A DNA stretch of 64,000 bases from Haliotis cracherodii (lineage: Eukaryota): positions 4,154,001 through 4,218,000 of the forward strand of contig NW_027266284.1 in the NCBI RefSeq assembly GCF_022045235.1. Direction: 5' to 3'. Position 1 is the stretch's first letter. Each line of letters begins with the position of its first letter. Shown one piece after another: positions 25,196-39,622 of this stretch. The position numbers and the translations under genes are program-made. The notes under the pieces were generated by a model. The model did no database searches, was not told the origin of the DNA, and saw only the letters and a list, made by a program, of their open reading frames with translations.

Positions 25196-27803
25196 GCCAT
25201 CAACTAAAATGGATGCTCCCTGAGTCATATGCAAGATAGTTTGTGATGCTAACAGAAAATATTTGTGGCATTGTGCTCCATATGTTGGTAATATGACTTA
25301 TGAGTTTGAGCTGAACGCCGCATTCATATTACAAGTTCCAGCAATCTACTAAATATTTCATCTCAAAATGCACAGAAAACACTGCTTGTAAATGACATAA
25401 ACTATAGATCAAAAAGACAATTTGACAGTTGTGCAATGTATATATGAAATATACACCTGTATATATCAGCTGTGATGTAAATATCAGACATAATCGATAT
25501 CACTGGGGATATATAAAATCGGGAATACATTCTTTGCCCTCTTTCCATCCATTAATAACACAATCTGTGTCACATGTAATTCAAAATCAACTTTCGTTAT
25601 ACAATTTTATTGTTTGAATATCACTAATGAATCCTAACTGAATAAAGTTTATTTCATTTTATTGTCAGTCCTGATTTTATATTTGTCCGAAGTAGCACTA
25701 GAGAATACGGGCGACACAAGCCATAACCCATAACAAATGACACGGTAGCGAAATAGATGAATGGAATTCAGATGTAAATTCGCTTCCTTATGATGAGAAC
25801 AGAATAGATGAATGAAATTTTAATATAAATCCTTCCTGATTAGAAGGTGAATCAAATGCTTTGAGATTTGTGTATATGTGCACTACTTCAAACCACATTA
25901 CCCTATAAATCAGGAGACAAAGGGTTGCAGGCATATTGAATAATGTCACCATTGCTTCCTTCAAGCCAACAGAATGTCATGAGAGACTATTTTTGTTCTG
26001 CTTTCAAGCCACTGAACTTCCAGATGTATGAGATTCATGCAGGACAAGTGGTTGTACATGGAGGGACATAACTTTGGGGGTTACGGAACTGGAAACAGCA
26101 AAATACTGACTGGGAAAATGAAATGACATTTAAAAGTTATTTTTTAACACCTCACTGATCCTTTTGTCCATAAAAACATGGAAATAAAAAAATGTATACA
26201 GATAATAAACAAAACTAACTTTAAATATTCAGATTAACTGAAAAAAACTATATAAATTTAATTAACATTTTAAAGCTAAAAACTACAGGATATACTCTTC
26301 TATAACGACCAGGTCATTGCTGGCTTCAACTAGGAGCGCAGGTACCTACACAGCAGAGTTTAATCAATATTATTAGAACCAAAATGGCAGATTACACATG
26401 TGCTGAGAGTCAAAGTTCAGGTAAAATCAACAAAGTCCACTTATATTCTGACCTACTGCTATGTGTCATAAGAAATAATACAAGTTGACGTTGCAAGAAC
26501 TGTAAACTGACCTTATTCAAAGGTCAAGCTGGGCAAGCAATAAGACTGGAGAAATTGTGTGTACCGTGAATCACATTCTATCTGTAGAGATTATTTACCT
26601 CCACAATGTCTATAAATAGACTCCACATGAAAAAATGTTTTTTTCTTTAGACAGTTTGATGTACTCTATATTGGTAAGTACTGTATTCTCTTTTATTAGA
26701 TGATCCTGTCAAGGAATGAGTTCAACAGTAAAACCTAATACTGAAAACATGTAAGGTTTTTCTATACTTATTTCTTAGACTACAGATATTCTTGGGAGTT
26801 AAATGCTGATTCTTTTTTTTTAAACAAGAAGAAGAAATAACGGGCATATTATTTTTTATGTTCTCCAAAAAGTTATTTGTATGTGTTGTCATTGCCATTG
26901 GGTCTGCTTTGTAGTTTAACACAGGCATAGATAAACAAATAACTAAGAAACTAAGTACAATGTTGCCTTTTTACATACAAATAATTTATTACTTGGCACA
27001 TTGTTTTGGAAAGCACATGCTAACTTTGCATTTGGTGGAATAAAACAACATTTTTTAGGTTTTATTAGCTTTCCAATTATTGTTTTTTAGAAAGGCAGGT
27101 CTGTCAATTATGTTTGTTTTAAAATGTATCACCTAAAGTTGAAATACAGCTCCTGTGAATTGAACAGATTCTTCAAGAAAACTGAATATCTTTTACTTCA
27201 TCTACATATTTGATCAAATACTTCACAAATTTCACCCGACATTGCAGCTGATTCTTTTTTGAAATATTCATAATATTTTTTAAATACCAGGTTAAAAAAG
27301 ATGAAAAGATTTTTTCTAAGGTTTTAACTGAATATTTAAAAAATCCCTTCACACATTTTCTGCTGTTTTAAGAATGAAAAATTGGCATTACAAACCTCAA
27401 CTCTTCCATATCTGTTAAAATGTTTAAAATATGTTTAAATTTATCTGTATGGATAGAGATGGTTGCAAATGGAAATAGTAGCAAAAAATAACAGACATTG
27501 ACCATGCAGACAAACTTGCTTGACGTTCTGTATTCTTTCAATACTGGGTCAAACCAATCTGTGCCCAATCCGATCCTCAGATTAGCTCCATGCCAGCAAA
27601 CAGATGGTTTTTCAATTGTCTCAAGCCTCTTTCTACATCTATTCATCTTTTGTGAGACAAGGCCCTAAATCTTGTCCCTACAGTACTGGTCAAAACAATG
27701 TGCCATTTGCAGGTAAGTGTGTAAGGCACAAGCGAAATGTACCACTGTTAACAACATTTTAATGATACATGGAAAATAGTGTGATAGTATCTTAATATAC
27801 ATA

Positions 27804-28041
27804 TTGTTTTGTTTGTTTGTTTGTTTGTTTGTTTGTTTGTTTGTCACACTCAGCAATATTCCAGCTGTATGAAGGCAGTCTGTAAAGAATCAAATCTGGA
27901 CCAGACAATCCAGCGATTAACATTATGAGCATCAAGCCTGACCATCCAGTCCCGTTCGTCACCTCTTTCGACAAGCATAGTTGCCTCTTGAGATAAGCAT
28001 GGTTTTCTGAAGACCAATTCTAACCCGGATATTCACAAGTC
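27804..28041 (-). mobile_element. Non-tRNA SINE-like retroposon with (AAAC)n tail, internally deleted
   Basis: Minus strand GACTTGTGAATATCCGGGTTAGAATTGGTCTTCAG...ggattgtctggtccaga...agctggaatattgctgagtg; homologous to the copies at 51731, 53141 and 57106. Confidence 0.85.
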
Positions 28042-31000
28042 CTTATATGTATTGTAAATATTAGTCTGGTGTCAATAGCAGCTCATTAAAATCATATATT
28101 TTACGCCTGAATGAAGATTGCATGGGTTCTTGAGACAATAAGATGCCAGTTTTCTGAAACAATTCAGTTTCATGTTTGTACCTTGAAATATCTATTTGTA
28201 CAAAAGAAAATACACAGAGAACACAAATATTCCTTCAATATTAGGCTCTTTTGGATGTCGATGTCATGATGCTTAGAAATGGCAGGGTGTATACAATAGC
28301 CAAAACAATTTTTATTATCAACATTTGGAACTGGTCATTTTAGTTTGTTTTGAGATACAGATATCACATATGCTGGTCTGAATGCTATTTTCACAAGAAT
28401 TTAGAAGCCTTGATGCTGACTGTCTGAGCAGAAAGTTCACCTGATGTGAAAGATGTAAGGTTAACTCTGCTCTGGACTGTACAGAGACTGACAGCCATGA
28501 AATCAGCATGGATGCCTGGCATCAGTGCCGGGAGACCAGGACAGTCAGAGCACTCCCGGCAACACCGAGGGGGGTTAACTGCCGTAGCATTGTTCTGATA
28601 CCTCCTGTCTCCTAACTCTTGTATAATACCGTATCTGGGACAAACGCTTTGTGTGTAGTGACAAGCCTATCAGCACCTCGCACTGTATGCCACAATGTTA
28701 ATGTTGTACCATACATCATGCAATAGACGTCTTGAGCAATATACATCTTGAAATGTACATCTTGCAATGGATATTATCTATATCATGCAGCATATGTCTT
28801 GAAATGTACATCTTGCAACAGATATTATCCATACCTTACAATATAAGTTTTAAAATGTACACATCTTGTAAAAAAACGTACTGAAATATATAGAATGCAT
28901 AAATATCATCTTGAAATGTTTATTATGCAATAGATGCCTTTAAACATACATCATGCAATAGACATCTTGAAATGTATACCATGCATGTAATGGACATTTG
29001 GAACGGAATATCTTGTTAAGACATTTTGAAATGAGGACCATCCAATAGTCACTTAAAATGAATGTCAAACATACAAATGGATATGTATGGTTACAAACTG
29101 AAAAAAGTGTGATTTTTGCTATCTGACAGAAAAGTCCAAGTAACATCTAGCCACGTAGGCATGTAAGGGGTAATTATGAAATTGTGGCTTCTACATGTGA
29201 TAATTAACTCTGGAAAAAAAAAAATAAAATAAAATAACATAGTGATATTTTAAGAGTTTTCATAAAAAAGTTTAAAATCTTATCTACGCTCCATGGAGTA
29301 AAGTTGAAAACCTCCAACTGAGTTTTCTCCATACTTGATTCAACTCTTTCAGAAAATCAATAAAGAAAACACAAATTTTTATGAGGACATTGACAACCAA
29401 ACTTCACAAGCAATTTATTTCCTCCTTAAAAATGTTCAAAGTGCATGAAAAGCATCAGTTCCAAAATGTGGTTTCTAAATGTGACCTCACACACTTTTCA
29501 CACCATTTACGATCAATAAGAATCTTCAATACTACAGCTTAATAAATTACCAAGCGTTTTCCTAACCATGTTTACATCCACCAATCATAACACAAGCCAT
29601 TAAAAAAATTATTTTGAAAATCACAAAGATATATATCTCTTTTATATTCTCCCAATATCCTTTCATGTTAATTCTGCCAATTTTTATCTTCTACAAAAGG
29701 GGAAAATTTACGCTGCTATCTATTTTACTGCATCTACTTTCGCGATCTATTTGTCATCACAGAGCAGCGCTGATTGCAAAAACACTACCATACATCTAGA
29801 GGGGAATATTTTAGACTTTACGGCTCATTTTACGATCAATCGTGTAACATCTTATTGTCGCAGAACTGTCTCAACCTCATGCAAACCTTTTATCTTGTGG
29901 TGAAAACTGTTGACTACAGAAAACTAATATTTGCTGTCAGTAAATGTAACACTGATGTTTGTCAGAGATGATGTAAAGAGACTAGCGAATGCATCATGGG
30001 AGAAGCGGAATGTCAAATGAGACATAACTTGAGAGTAACTCCTTTGCATTTTGTTGGCTGCCATGTTTTGGATTGGGTAGTTGTCAAGTTTATATACAGC
30101 GACATGCTCCCCACTACTGGTCATGTTAATGTCATGCAGCTGAGTTAAATGTAAACATGTCATTTCTGTTATGACGATATGGATTTAAGATTGGGGAAAT
30201 ATATCAATCCTTCAAATAGTTCAGCACGTTAAAAAATTTGTAATAATTTGTTAGTATAACGTAACTTAAATATAATTTTGCCCAAAATATTTCATTTCAT
30301 TTTATTTTATGTTTTTAGGTCTGTTTTCACATCTTAATTAACCTCATATTGCTATAACTTGTATTTACGCTGCCGAGTATCAACCACTGATTCATCTGGT
30401 CCTGACTTGATTATTCACAGGACGCCATGATACAGCTGTAACTCATCTGGCATGTTTGATCGAAATCTCTTGAAAGCAAAAAAAAAAAGAAAAGATGTAG
30501 TGTCATAAATACTGACCCCATTTGCATAAAAACTGTTTCTTCTTTGTAAAACCTAAATGTTTATAACAAAAGTAAGTCGATCTGCACAAACAGAAAGTTG
30601 CGTAAAAAAAGAAAACCCTAAACTAACTTCTTAAAAACCTCAACTGACTTCCAACCATTCTATTTGTATTCTATAAAATACAGTGTGAGAAAGTAACATT
30701 GTCCTGCCACAGGTTAAACATAAAGAAACCTTCCAAATTGAGCCCTGAACTGTGATATGGTCGGAGGTAAAAACATACATTCTGGTTTATCTATCATTAG
30801 CGAGTCTACAAATAGCTCTTCTTACGACTTCCATCCTATATTCAACCCCAAATCCTTTGAACTCACAATTCTGATGTCCGGCTATGTCATAGAGACAGGG
30901 TTCCTGAAAGCCGACACAAGTGTTGCTATTTCAATAACCCAAAGCATATATATAACAAAATTAGCTGTTCCAGGGAGATCATATTTCTCACAAAAACACC

Positions 31001-31335
31001 TCCTTTGAGAAACATTTGACTTGTTTTATTGGCAGGGCAGTTTGATAAGGCATATACCATGACAAAGGTTTGGAGCATCAAGTTGAAGCTGACATTGCAG
31101 TTATCTTGTGAAATTGCAGTCAGATATATCTTATTCCCTAACATTTCAACACTTTGACTCCCTCGTCTGTCAGCTGATGTGTGTAACTGTTGCCAAGGAG
31201 ACATCCATCACATGGTTATTGCCTTGAAAGATGGTATTAAGATATGTATATTGTAACATCATTAGGTTTTTAATGTAATCTTGTTTAACTTTCAATCTTG
31301 TATTAGAAATTTTCAAATTGCAATAGATTTCTTAA

Positions 31336-31487
31336 ATGTGATTTAACATGAGGAAAACTTTAACTGACATATTAAATATAAAGGCTATACAGAGATGTTG
31401 CTGTTACATGTGATTTAACATGAGGAAACCTTTAACTGACATATTAAATATAATGGCTATACAGAGATGTTGCTGTTACATGTGATT
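31336..31487. repeat. 72-bp tandem duplication
   Basis: atgtgatttaacatgagg starts at 31336 and 31408. Confidence 0.9.
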
Positions 31488-32662
31488 GTCTGTTGATAGT
31501 GTTTCTTCCATGTAGGAATGGGAGAATGGGTTCAAATGCAACTGCACCTGTAATCAGATATAATTAGGATGATATTAAAATAGGACTTACTACTGATTGA
31601 TTGATCTTCTTTTAAACTGTATACCCATCAAACCACTTGTCAAGACAGACCAGGATAGCTTGATGTTGTTTGAAGTATGATTATGATTATGATTCCTTCA
31701 TAAAAACAAACTTTTATTTAAACTTTTATTTATTTTACTTTCTTTCTTTTTTATAATCTATTGAAAGCCAATGGGTTCAATCTTTGGTCCAATTTCACAC
31801 CAGTATACTTTAAATCTTCGGAGAATAGAGTTTTGTGCTTCTAAAAAATGACAATATTCGAGATATAAACACAAACCTATAACAACTGAAGACACTCCCT
31901 GAGCCAGCTCCACCAAATGCCCATGCACTGCAACTTCCAATTTAGACACAGTTGACTTTGGTTCCGTTTCTCCCATAAACAGCAGATTCCTCTTCTTCTC
32001 GCTCTCTTACAATCACGTTTCAAAAATAATCTATCTGAAGCCAAATATACAATCTGATGAAAGAATAACTCCCACTTCCACATGGATAAGCTCAGCTGCA
32101 GCCTCTACCAGTGGCAATCAGCCGCTCATTCACCGCGGCAAATTACTGGCGCCAACCAAACCTCATCAGAGGCAACACAGTATTAATTGGCCCTTGGTAT
32201 CAAAGCACGACCCAGTGCCAGTGGACAAAAAAGAGATTCAGAAGAGATGTCAAAGGTCTCTTGGGGATTAGAAAAAACTCCACTTTCATGGCACCATGAT
32301 ATCGGACATCTTTCAATCGAAGGAGACCCATTCTGAACAATATTTCATGTACATTTGACTCATGTTTTCTTAAAGTCAAAAGGACCAAATGAAAGTTGCT
32401 AACTACAAGCTTAAATGCACGCAATCAGCACAGCAGGTCGTTACCTTGTGAGAATATTTCAAAATACCCATTTGGATATAATAGATTTATATAGATGACA
32501 TTTTTTTACATTTTACATTTTCCTATGTGCTCATACATGCAAGAATTGCTGGTGGCGCCAATATCTGTCTTCCAACTGATCCAGTTTCAGATTCTGTACC
32601 TACATTTTCATGGCATCATAACATGATCCATGAATGAAAGCTTCAACTTCTTGCTCACTGAG

Positions 32663-32838
32663 TTTAGGGGTGATGTAAAAAGTGTAAACATATTATTTCA
32701 ATGATTCGCAATAACAAAACTTTAGGGGTGATGTAAAAAGTGTAAATATTTTATGCCAAATGATTCACAATAACAAAACTTTAGGTTGATATTAAAGGTG
32801 TAAATATTTTTTGTCAAATGATTTGCAATAACAAAATT
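32663..32838. repeat. 58-59-bp tandem repeat, 3 diverged copies
   Basis: tttagg..gatgtaaaaagtgtaaa...aataacaaaa at 32663, 32721 and 32780. Confidence 0.85.
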
Positions 32839-34829
32839 TCATGCAGACTTTCAGTCTGGAGGAGTTATAAAAAGCATATCTCCTTAAAAACTATATTTAT
32901 ATATAGCATCATAATGCACCCACTAAGTGTATTCAAAAAGTAAAAGCATACATGTTTCAGTACATTTCATATGCTATTCTTAACACAAAATATCATCTTC
33001 AAGGGAATACACGACGGACTTTCACATCAGTTCAAAATATTCAAGCCAATAATCCACATTTTCTAACTCACCGAACAACTAAGACTTGAATGATATAAAC
33101 AGTGCACCAAGTAGCACTTCTATAACATAAATAATAAATCATTTCTCTCATCATCATTAGTTAAGTGCCATAAAAAAATTCACCTTCAACAATCAAAATT
33201 GAACAGGAATTCCCCAATGGAACATCTTGATAAGAAGTCTCCATTTTTTCATATTTGGCCATCTCAATACTGAATAAAAAAACTGGAGCAATTTAGTTGA
33301 GCATAATATCTCTGTTTCCTCTTCAATGAACAAGCTGCTGTGGATGGCAGACAGAATCGGAGGCAAAAGTCAGATACTTTCACTAGGAGCTTCACGCATG
33401 AAGGGGCTGTCAGTTAGGCTTTATGAGCAAGTTAGACAACAGTAGAAGATGAATAGCTACCGGTCTTCCATATTTAAGAAATAACATTCAGCAATTATGG
33501 CTAGTTCACATCAATTACCCTTGTAATCATCAGAATTACCCAAGAAGCAAGCTTAATGAGAACATTAATAAAATGAGGTGCATTGGTGCGAGAATTTTCG
33601 GACCTTCCAAGTTTGGCGATATTGTCAAGGGTAGTGTCCTAATATGACAAATGGGTTCTCATTCTGAAGATTGTATTCACTATCACGGCCACACTGTTCG
33701 ATTATTGTGAATTTGGTTTTTTATGATGTTTTAATTGAGAGTGTTCTAATTTTATATGCAAAAGAGATCAGGTCGGTTGTTAATATTTGGGGCATTAAGT
33801 ATGGCTGATTGACGAGAGATAATGGCTACATTTTAAAACAGACCGAATGTAAAATATCAGTGGGGAGAATAATGAAAAGCTGAACAAATTTTAAGGAGAT
33901 TTATAGAAAGTGTAATTTTCCGTGTGCAAGATGAGGTTAGTTATAGATCTGTTGTCTAGCAACAAGATGGTAATCAAACCAAACTATTGATTCTTGATCA
34001 TGAAGATAGTAAATTCTTAGATACATTTCTCAGGGGGATATTAAGTTCAATGATAATCATATACAGGCTGACTTAAGTGTTGACTATGACACTAGAGGAA
34101 ATGAAGCATCTGAACTAATAAGAATAGAAGAATGATGTATACTAAATAAGGAAGCTACAGTATGCAAGAAAATACTTGGATTGAGTTGGCAAATGGTTGA
34201 ACATTGTGATAAACCTGCAAATTAATGGGATGAAAATATGACAGGATTTAGAGAAAAGGGGGATTAAACTTCAAAGAAGAAATGTCTGTACCAATTTGGG
34301 AATTGGCTTGAATGATTTGGTTTTTATTTCAAAGTAAGTGGTTGTCAGGGATGAACACTAGGCACACTTGGCTGTCAGCTGTGTTTATCAATGGTTGGTC
34401 CCAAGCTGGGAGGTTTGTTCTGGTGCATACAAGGGTAATGTATCTTTGGCAGGATTGTGCAGAGATGAATCCAGGATTTTGACAAAAGAGGGGCTGTATA
34501 CTAGTCCTGTAACAAACTGAATGCAGTCACTCACATACCGGTAGGTAGCAGCATAGTCAAGCTATCAGATTACAGTGGGGTGCACATCCCCCGTTCACCC
34601 CCTGCACATGTCAGTGGACATCAGTTCCACATGGAATTACTTCCAGTGTTAATGTATCATTGAAACAGTTTCCTAGTAAAACCTTCCATAGGAATAATTC
34701 CTATTAGTACAAAGGAACAACTTAACTTCAGGAACAGATACTCTTTGACACACACCCCTTGCTCACCCCTGTGCTGCCCTAGTTCTTGCACATGCCCATA
34801 CACTGAAACTTGCACTACTGGCAGACATG

Positions 34830-35019
34830 TAGACGAACTAGTCTCTGAAATGAACTTATCTTTCAGAAAATAACAAATGTCAAATTAACTTAATACAATA
34901 GAATAAAAAGAAGCTCAGAGACTGTTCTTTTCCCGATACTGCAGTAATCTAGACCTGCCCAATACTAAAGACTTCCACTGTTTTTGATATATTTGTTTCA
35001 GGGTCTGTATGCCCAACTA
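34830..35019 (+). mobile_element. Academ(H)-like MITE, older diverged copy (190 bp)
   Basis: TAGAC...CTA termini; ctagtctctgaaatgaac, gatactgcagt.atctagac and cagggtctgta shared with the 19353 copy; TSD gcagacatg/gtagatatg (7 of 9, both differences C>T). Confidence 0.75.
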
Positions 35020-37242
35020 GTAGATATGTACTTGCTTGAGATAAATATATCTACAATTCAGAGATTGACAAAGAAATCAGTGTAACATAGAGAGAAAATG
35101 GAACTTGAAATCCATGCGTCAACACTGCCTTAACAGCAATAATGTTGTAAATGATAATGAAAATGATGAAGAAATAATTGAAGTAAATTATTTGGGACAT
35201 AAAACTTTGAAGAACATTTTTACTAAACAGCTAGTTTCACACAGACATTTCAGCTGGATATCAGTTCATGACAAGGTTCTGTCACCTTGTGATTTGCTAA
35301 TTTTCTTAACATTGATCCTGCTTGAGAAGGATGTGGAGCAGACGCCATTTTCAATGGAGATAACTCTTATTCCTTGAGGGTATTTTTTAAAGTAATTTTT
35401 TTTGTGGGTTCCTTGGGAAAACAATATTTTATTGAAGATATAAATAAAAGTGACAAAAACATTTCCATAATCATAAGAAATCTAAAAGTAGATTCCATTG
35501 TATGATTCAGGTTCAATCAGAAACATGAAAACAGCAACACCTGAGCCACTGAATGTATGGCCATATGAGCTTTATCTGACATATTTTGGTGATTAGTCAA
35601 CTCACGTGAAACAAAAGAAGAAACTGCAATGATGATGAAAGGTAATAAGCAGAAACTAGAGTTAGTGCATGCATGTATGAGGCTGCTTGTCTACATAGTG
35701 AGACGAATATAGACAGCCTTGTCAACACGCTATCTGTTCTACAAGCCACTCACAGGTAATAAGCAAATACTTTAGGCATGTGACCTTGTCCTGGAATGTA
35801 CTGTCTACCATACCACTTATCATGTTTCAATGGCAATACTTTATGTCATATTTGGTTGTATGTGCAAATGTACAGATTATAAAATATAACATGGCATTCA
35901 TATGCTCATGGATTTAAAACCTGTGAATGAAGAGAAAATGTTTTCAAAAAGTTGATATCAGTGAAAATGTTCATGAGTGACAATATTTATTCTTTTTAAG
36001 TGTTTAAAGTTTTGAACACCTTAAAATGAAAAACACCAATTTCAGAGGTGTTAGAATTTTTTTTTAAATATTTTAACCTGAGGACCAACTGTGTTCTCAT
36101 CATGAATATCTTAATAATTCTAAAAATGAATGGTACAACTTTCTATGCATTTTAGCTATATCTTATATGAGATTTTAATAAAATAATGCTCCTTTGTATA
36201 CTACAGATACATACATTTTACAACGTCTTTTCAAGTTTTCTCCCACTTAAATTTGTTGTCAATTTTTTGAACTCCCAAAGTCCCTTCTGGTATTTATGCT
36301 GGGTAATAACTTCAGACGAAGTCATGTCTTGTTAGCTTTATTTTTTTAATGTGAAATTATTAACTTGAATATAATTTTTATATATCTTTTCATAAAATTC
36401 AATATTCTGCATCTGAATTGGCAAATTGCCTCATCCAGTGTCATATACAGCCAAATTACTAGCCCAGAACAAAAATATTCTGTAGACAAATTAAATCTAT
36501 TTCTCATTTGAGTCATTTCCTGAAGAACAAAAAAGAAAATGGCTTCATTGAGACTGCAGAAAACAAATCTTGTGTTCCTTGGGGGCAACAAGAAGGCAAA
36601 AGGTGGAATTTCTTTTTGATTGACAAGATAATAATTGGATAAAGACACATTTAATTTTTCATCTCACAAACTAGACAAAGCATGTAACGCCTGATATCAA
36701 ATCAGTCTTTTTGGTTGGAAGCTTCTGTCTTCGATTGTTTCAGAAGCAGAAAGCAATTTGTAATTTCACAGTTTTCATATCTGTATGTGGTAAATCGAGG
36801 AGGAGGTATTTTGCCTTGGCTTAGAACACAATCTGTGAATATATGTTGCAATACCAACCGTGGCCCAGATTTCTGAGATTTCCATCTCAGTTTGAAGATG
36901 ATGATGTTGTTGACAGTGCATCCCTCCTTACATGTCCTGGGCAAGTTCCATCAAGGTATCGTAGCGTTACGACTACAAGTATGTGGGAGTTACAACAGAT
37001 GCAACACTAAGGTATCAGAGCTTTGTGAAACAGAGCAGATTATACCATTAGACAAGACATTTAGTTAATCTACAATTTCTAAGACAATTTTGGTATTTTA
37101 TTCAAAGGTAGTTATAAGCAATGATATTTTTAGTGCCACTCACTCACCCAACCACCAACTCACTCACCCGCTCACTCACTTACTCACTCAACAACTATTA
37201 TATAAACTCAGTCTCTTAGCCACCTGTTCACTCACTCACCCA

Positions 37243-39068
37243 ACCGACTCACACAATCACCAACTCACTGTTTCAGCCACCCACCCACTGACTCACACAA
37301 TCACCAACTCACTGTTTCAGCCACCCACCCACTGACTCACACAATCACCAACTCACTGTTTCAGCCACCCACCAACTGACTCACACAATCACCAACTCAC
37401 TGTTTCAGCCACCCACCCACTGACTCACACAATCACCAACTCACTGTTTCAGCCACCCACCAACTGACTCACACAATCACCAACTCACTGTTTCAGCCAC
37501 CCACCCACTGACTCACACAATCACCAACTCACTGTTTCAGCCACCCACCAACTGACTCACACAATCACCAACTCACTGTTTCAGCCACCCACCCACCCAC
37601 CCACTGACACACATAATCACCAACTCACTGTTTCAGCCACCCACCAACTGACTCACACAATCACCAACTCACTGTTTCAGCCACCCACCCACCCACTGAC
37701 TCACATAATCACCAACTCACTGTTTCAGCCACCCACCCACTGACTCACACAATCACCAACTCACTGTTTCAGCCACCCACCCACTGACTCACACAATCAC
37801 CAACTCACTGTTTCAGTCACCCACCCACTGACTCACACAATCACCAACTCACTGTTTCAGCCACCCACCAACTGACTCACACAATCATCAACTCACTGTT
37901 TCAGCCACCCACCAACCGACTCACACAATCACCAACTCACTGTTTCAGCCACCCACCAACCGACTCACACAATCACCAACTCACTGTTTCAGCCACCCAC
38001 CCACTGACTCACACAATCACCAACTCACTGTTTCAGCCACCCACCAACTGACTCACACAATCACCAACTCACTGTTTCAGCCACCCACCAACTGACTCAC
38101 ACAATCACCAACTCACTGTTTCAGCCACCCACCCACTGACTCACACAATCACCAACTCACTGTTTCAGCCACCCACCAACTGACTCACACAATCACCAAC
38201 TCACTGTTTCAGCCACCCACCCACCCACCCACTGACACACATAATCACCAACTCACTGTTTCAGCCACCCACCAACTGACTCACACAATCACCAACTCAC
38301 TGTTTCAGCCACCCACCCACCCACTGACTCACATAATCACCAACTCACTGTTTCAGCCACCCACCCACTGACTCACACAATCACCAACTCACTGTTTCAG
38401 CCACCCACCCACTGACTCACACAATCACCAACTCACTGTTTCAGTCACCCACCCACTGACTCACACAATCACCAACTCACTGTTTCAGCCACCCACCCAC
38501 CCACCCACTGACACACATAATCACCAACTCACTGTTTCAGCCACCCACCAACTGACTCACACAATCACCAACTCACTGTTTCAGCCACCCACCCACCCAC
38601 CCACTGACTCACATAATCACCAACTCACTGTTTCAGCCACCCACCCACTGACTCACACAATCACCAACTCACTGTTTCAGCCACCCACCCACTGACTCAC
38701 ACAATCACCAACTCACTGTTTCAGTCACCCACCCACTGACTCACACAATCACCAACTCACTGTTTCAGCCACCCACCAACTGACTCACACAATCATCAAC
38801 TCACTGTTTCAGCCACCCACCAACCGACTCACACAATCACCAACTCACTGTTTCAGCCACCCACCAACCGACTCACACAATCACCAACTCACTGTTTCAG
38901 CCACCCACCCACTGACTCACACAATCACCAACTCACTGTTTCAGCCACCCACCAACTGACTCACACAATCACCAACTCACTGTTTCAGCCACCCACCAAC
39001 TGACTCACACAATCACCAACTCACTGTTTCAGCCACCCACCCACTGACTCACACAATCACCAACTCAC
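37243..39068. repeat. 44-bp satellite array (about 41 units) with higher-order structure
   Basis: Unit actgactcacacaatcaccaactcactgtttcagccacccacc(c/a); embedded in degenerate (ACTC/ACCC)n at 37137-37242 and 39069-39290. Confidence 0.97.
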
Positions 39069-39289
39069 TTTCTCATCCACCCACTCACTAACCCAACCAC
39101 TCTCTCATCCATCCATCCATCTACTCACTCACTCATTCAACAAGCCCATCCAAACACTTACTCATTCACTCACCCTCCCACTCGCCAACTCATTCAATTA
39201 CCAATGCACTCACTTACCAATGAACTCACTCACTCAATCACATGTTAACTCACTAAATTACTCTACCACACACCAATCCCCTCACTCAC

Positions 39290-39622
39290 TCACTCACTGA
39301 AGTCAACTCACTCACTCACTCACTGAAGTCAGGTCACTCCCTCTCCCATTGAAGTCAGGTCACTCACTGAAGTCAACTCACTCAGCCACTCACTGAAGTC
39401 AACTCACTCACTCACTCATTGAAGTCAACTCACTCACTCATTGAAGTCAGGTCACTCACTGAAGTCAACTCACTCAGCCACTCACTGAAGTCAACTCACT
39501 CACTCACTCATTGAAGTCAACTCACTCACTCACTCATTGAAGTCAGGTCACTCACTCACTCACTGAAGTCAACTCACTCACTCACTCATTGAAGTCAGGT
39601 CACTCACTCACTGAAGACAACT
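39290..39622. repeat. Compound minisatellite tgaagtca(ggtc)(actc)n
   Basis: Repeated tgaagtca anchors separated by variable ACTC runs. Confidence 0.9.

Noticed and set aside
33560-34330. Possible LINE reverse transcriptase fossil (TGFREK, TLEEM); similar hint at about 4050-4400 (FVDLQKTF)
   Set aside because: Isolated short motifs among many stops; cannot be supported without a profile search.
34460-34610. PIF/Harbinger-like MITE remnants (also ends near 1970 and 60366)
   Set aside because: Only one terminus or very degenerate termini; no TSD identified.
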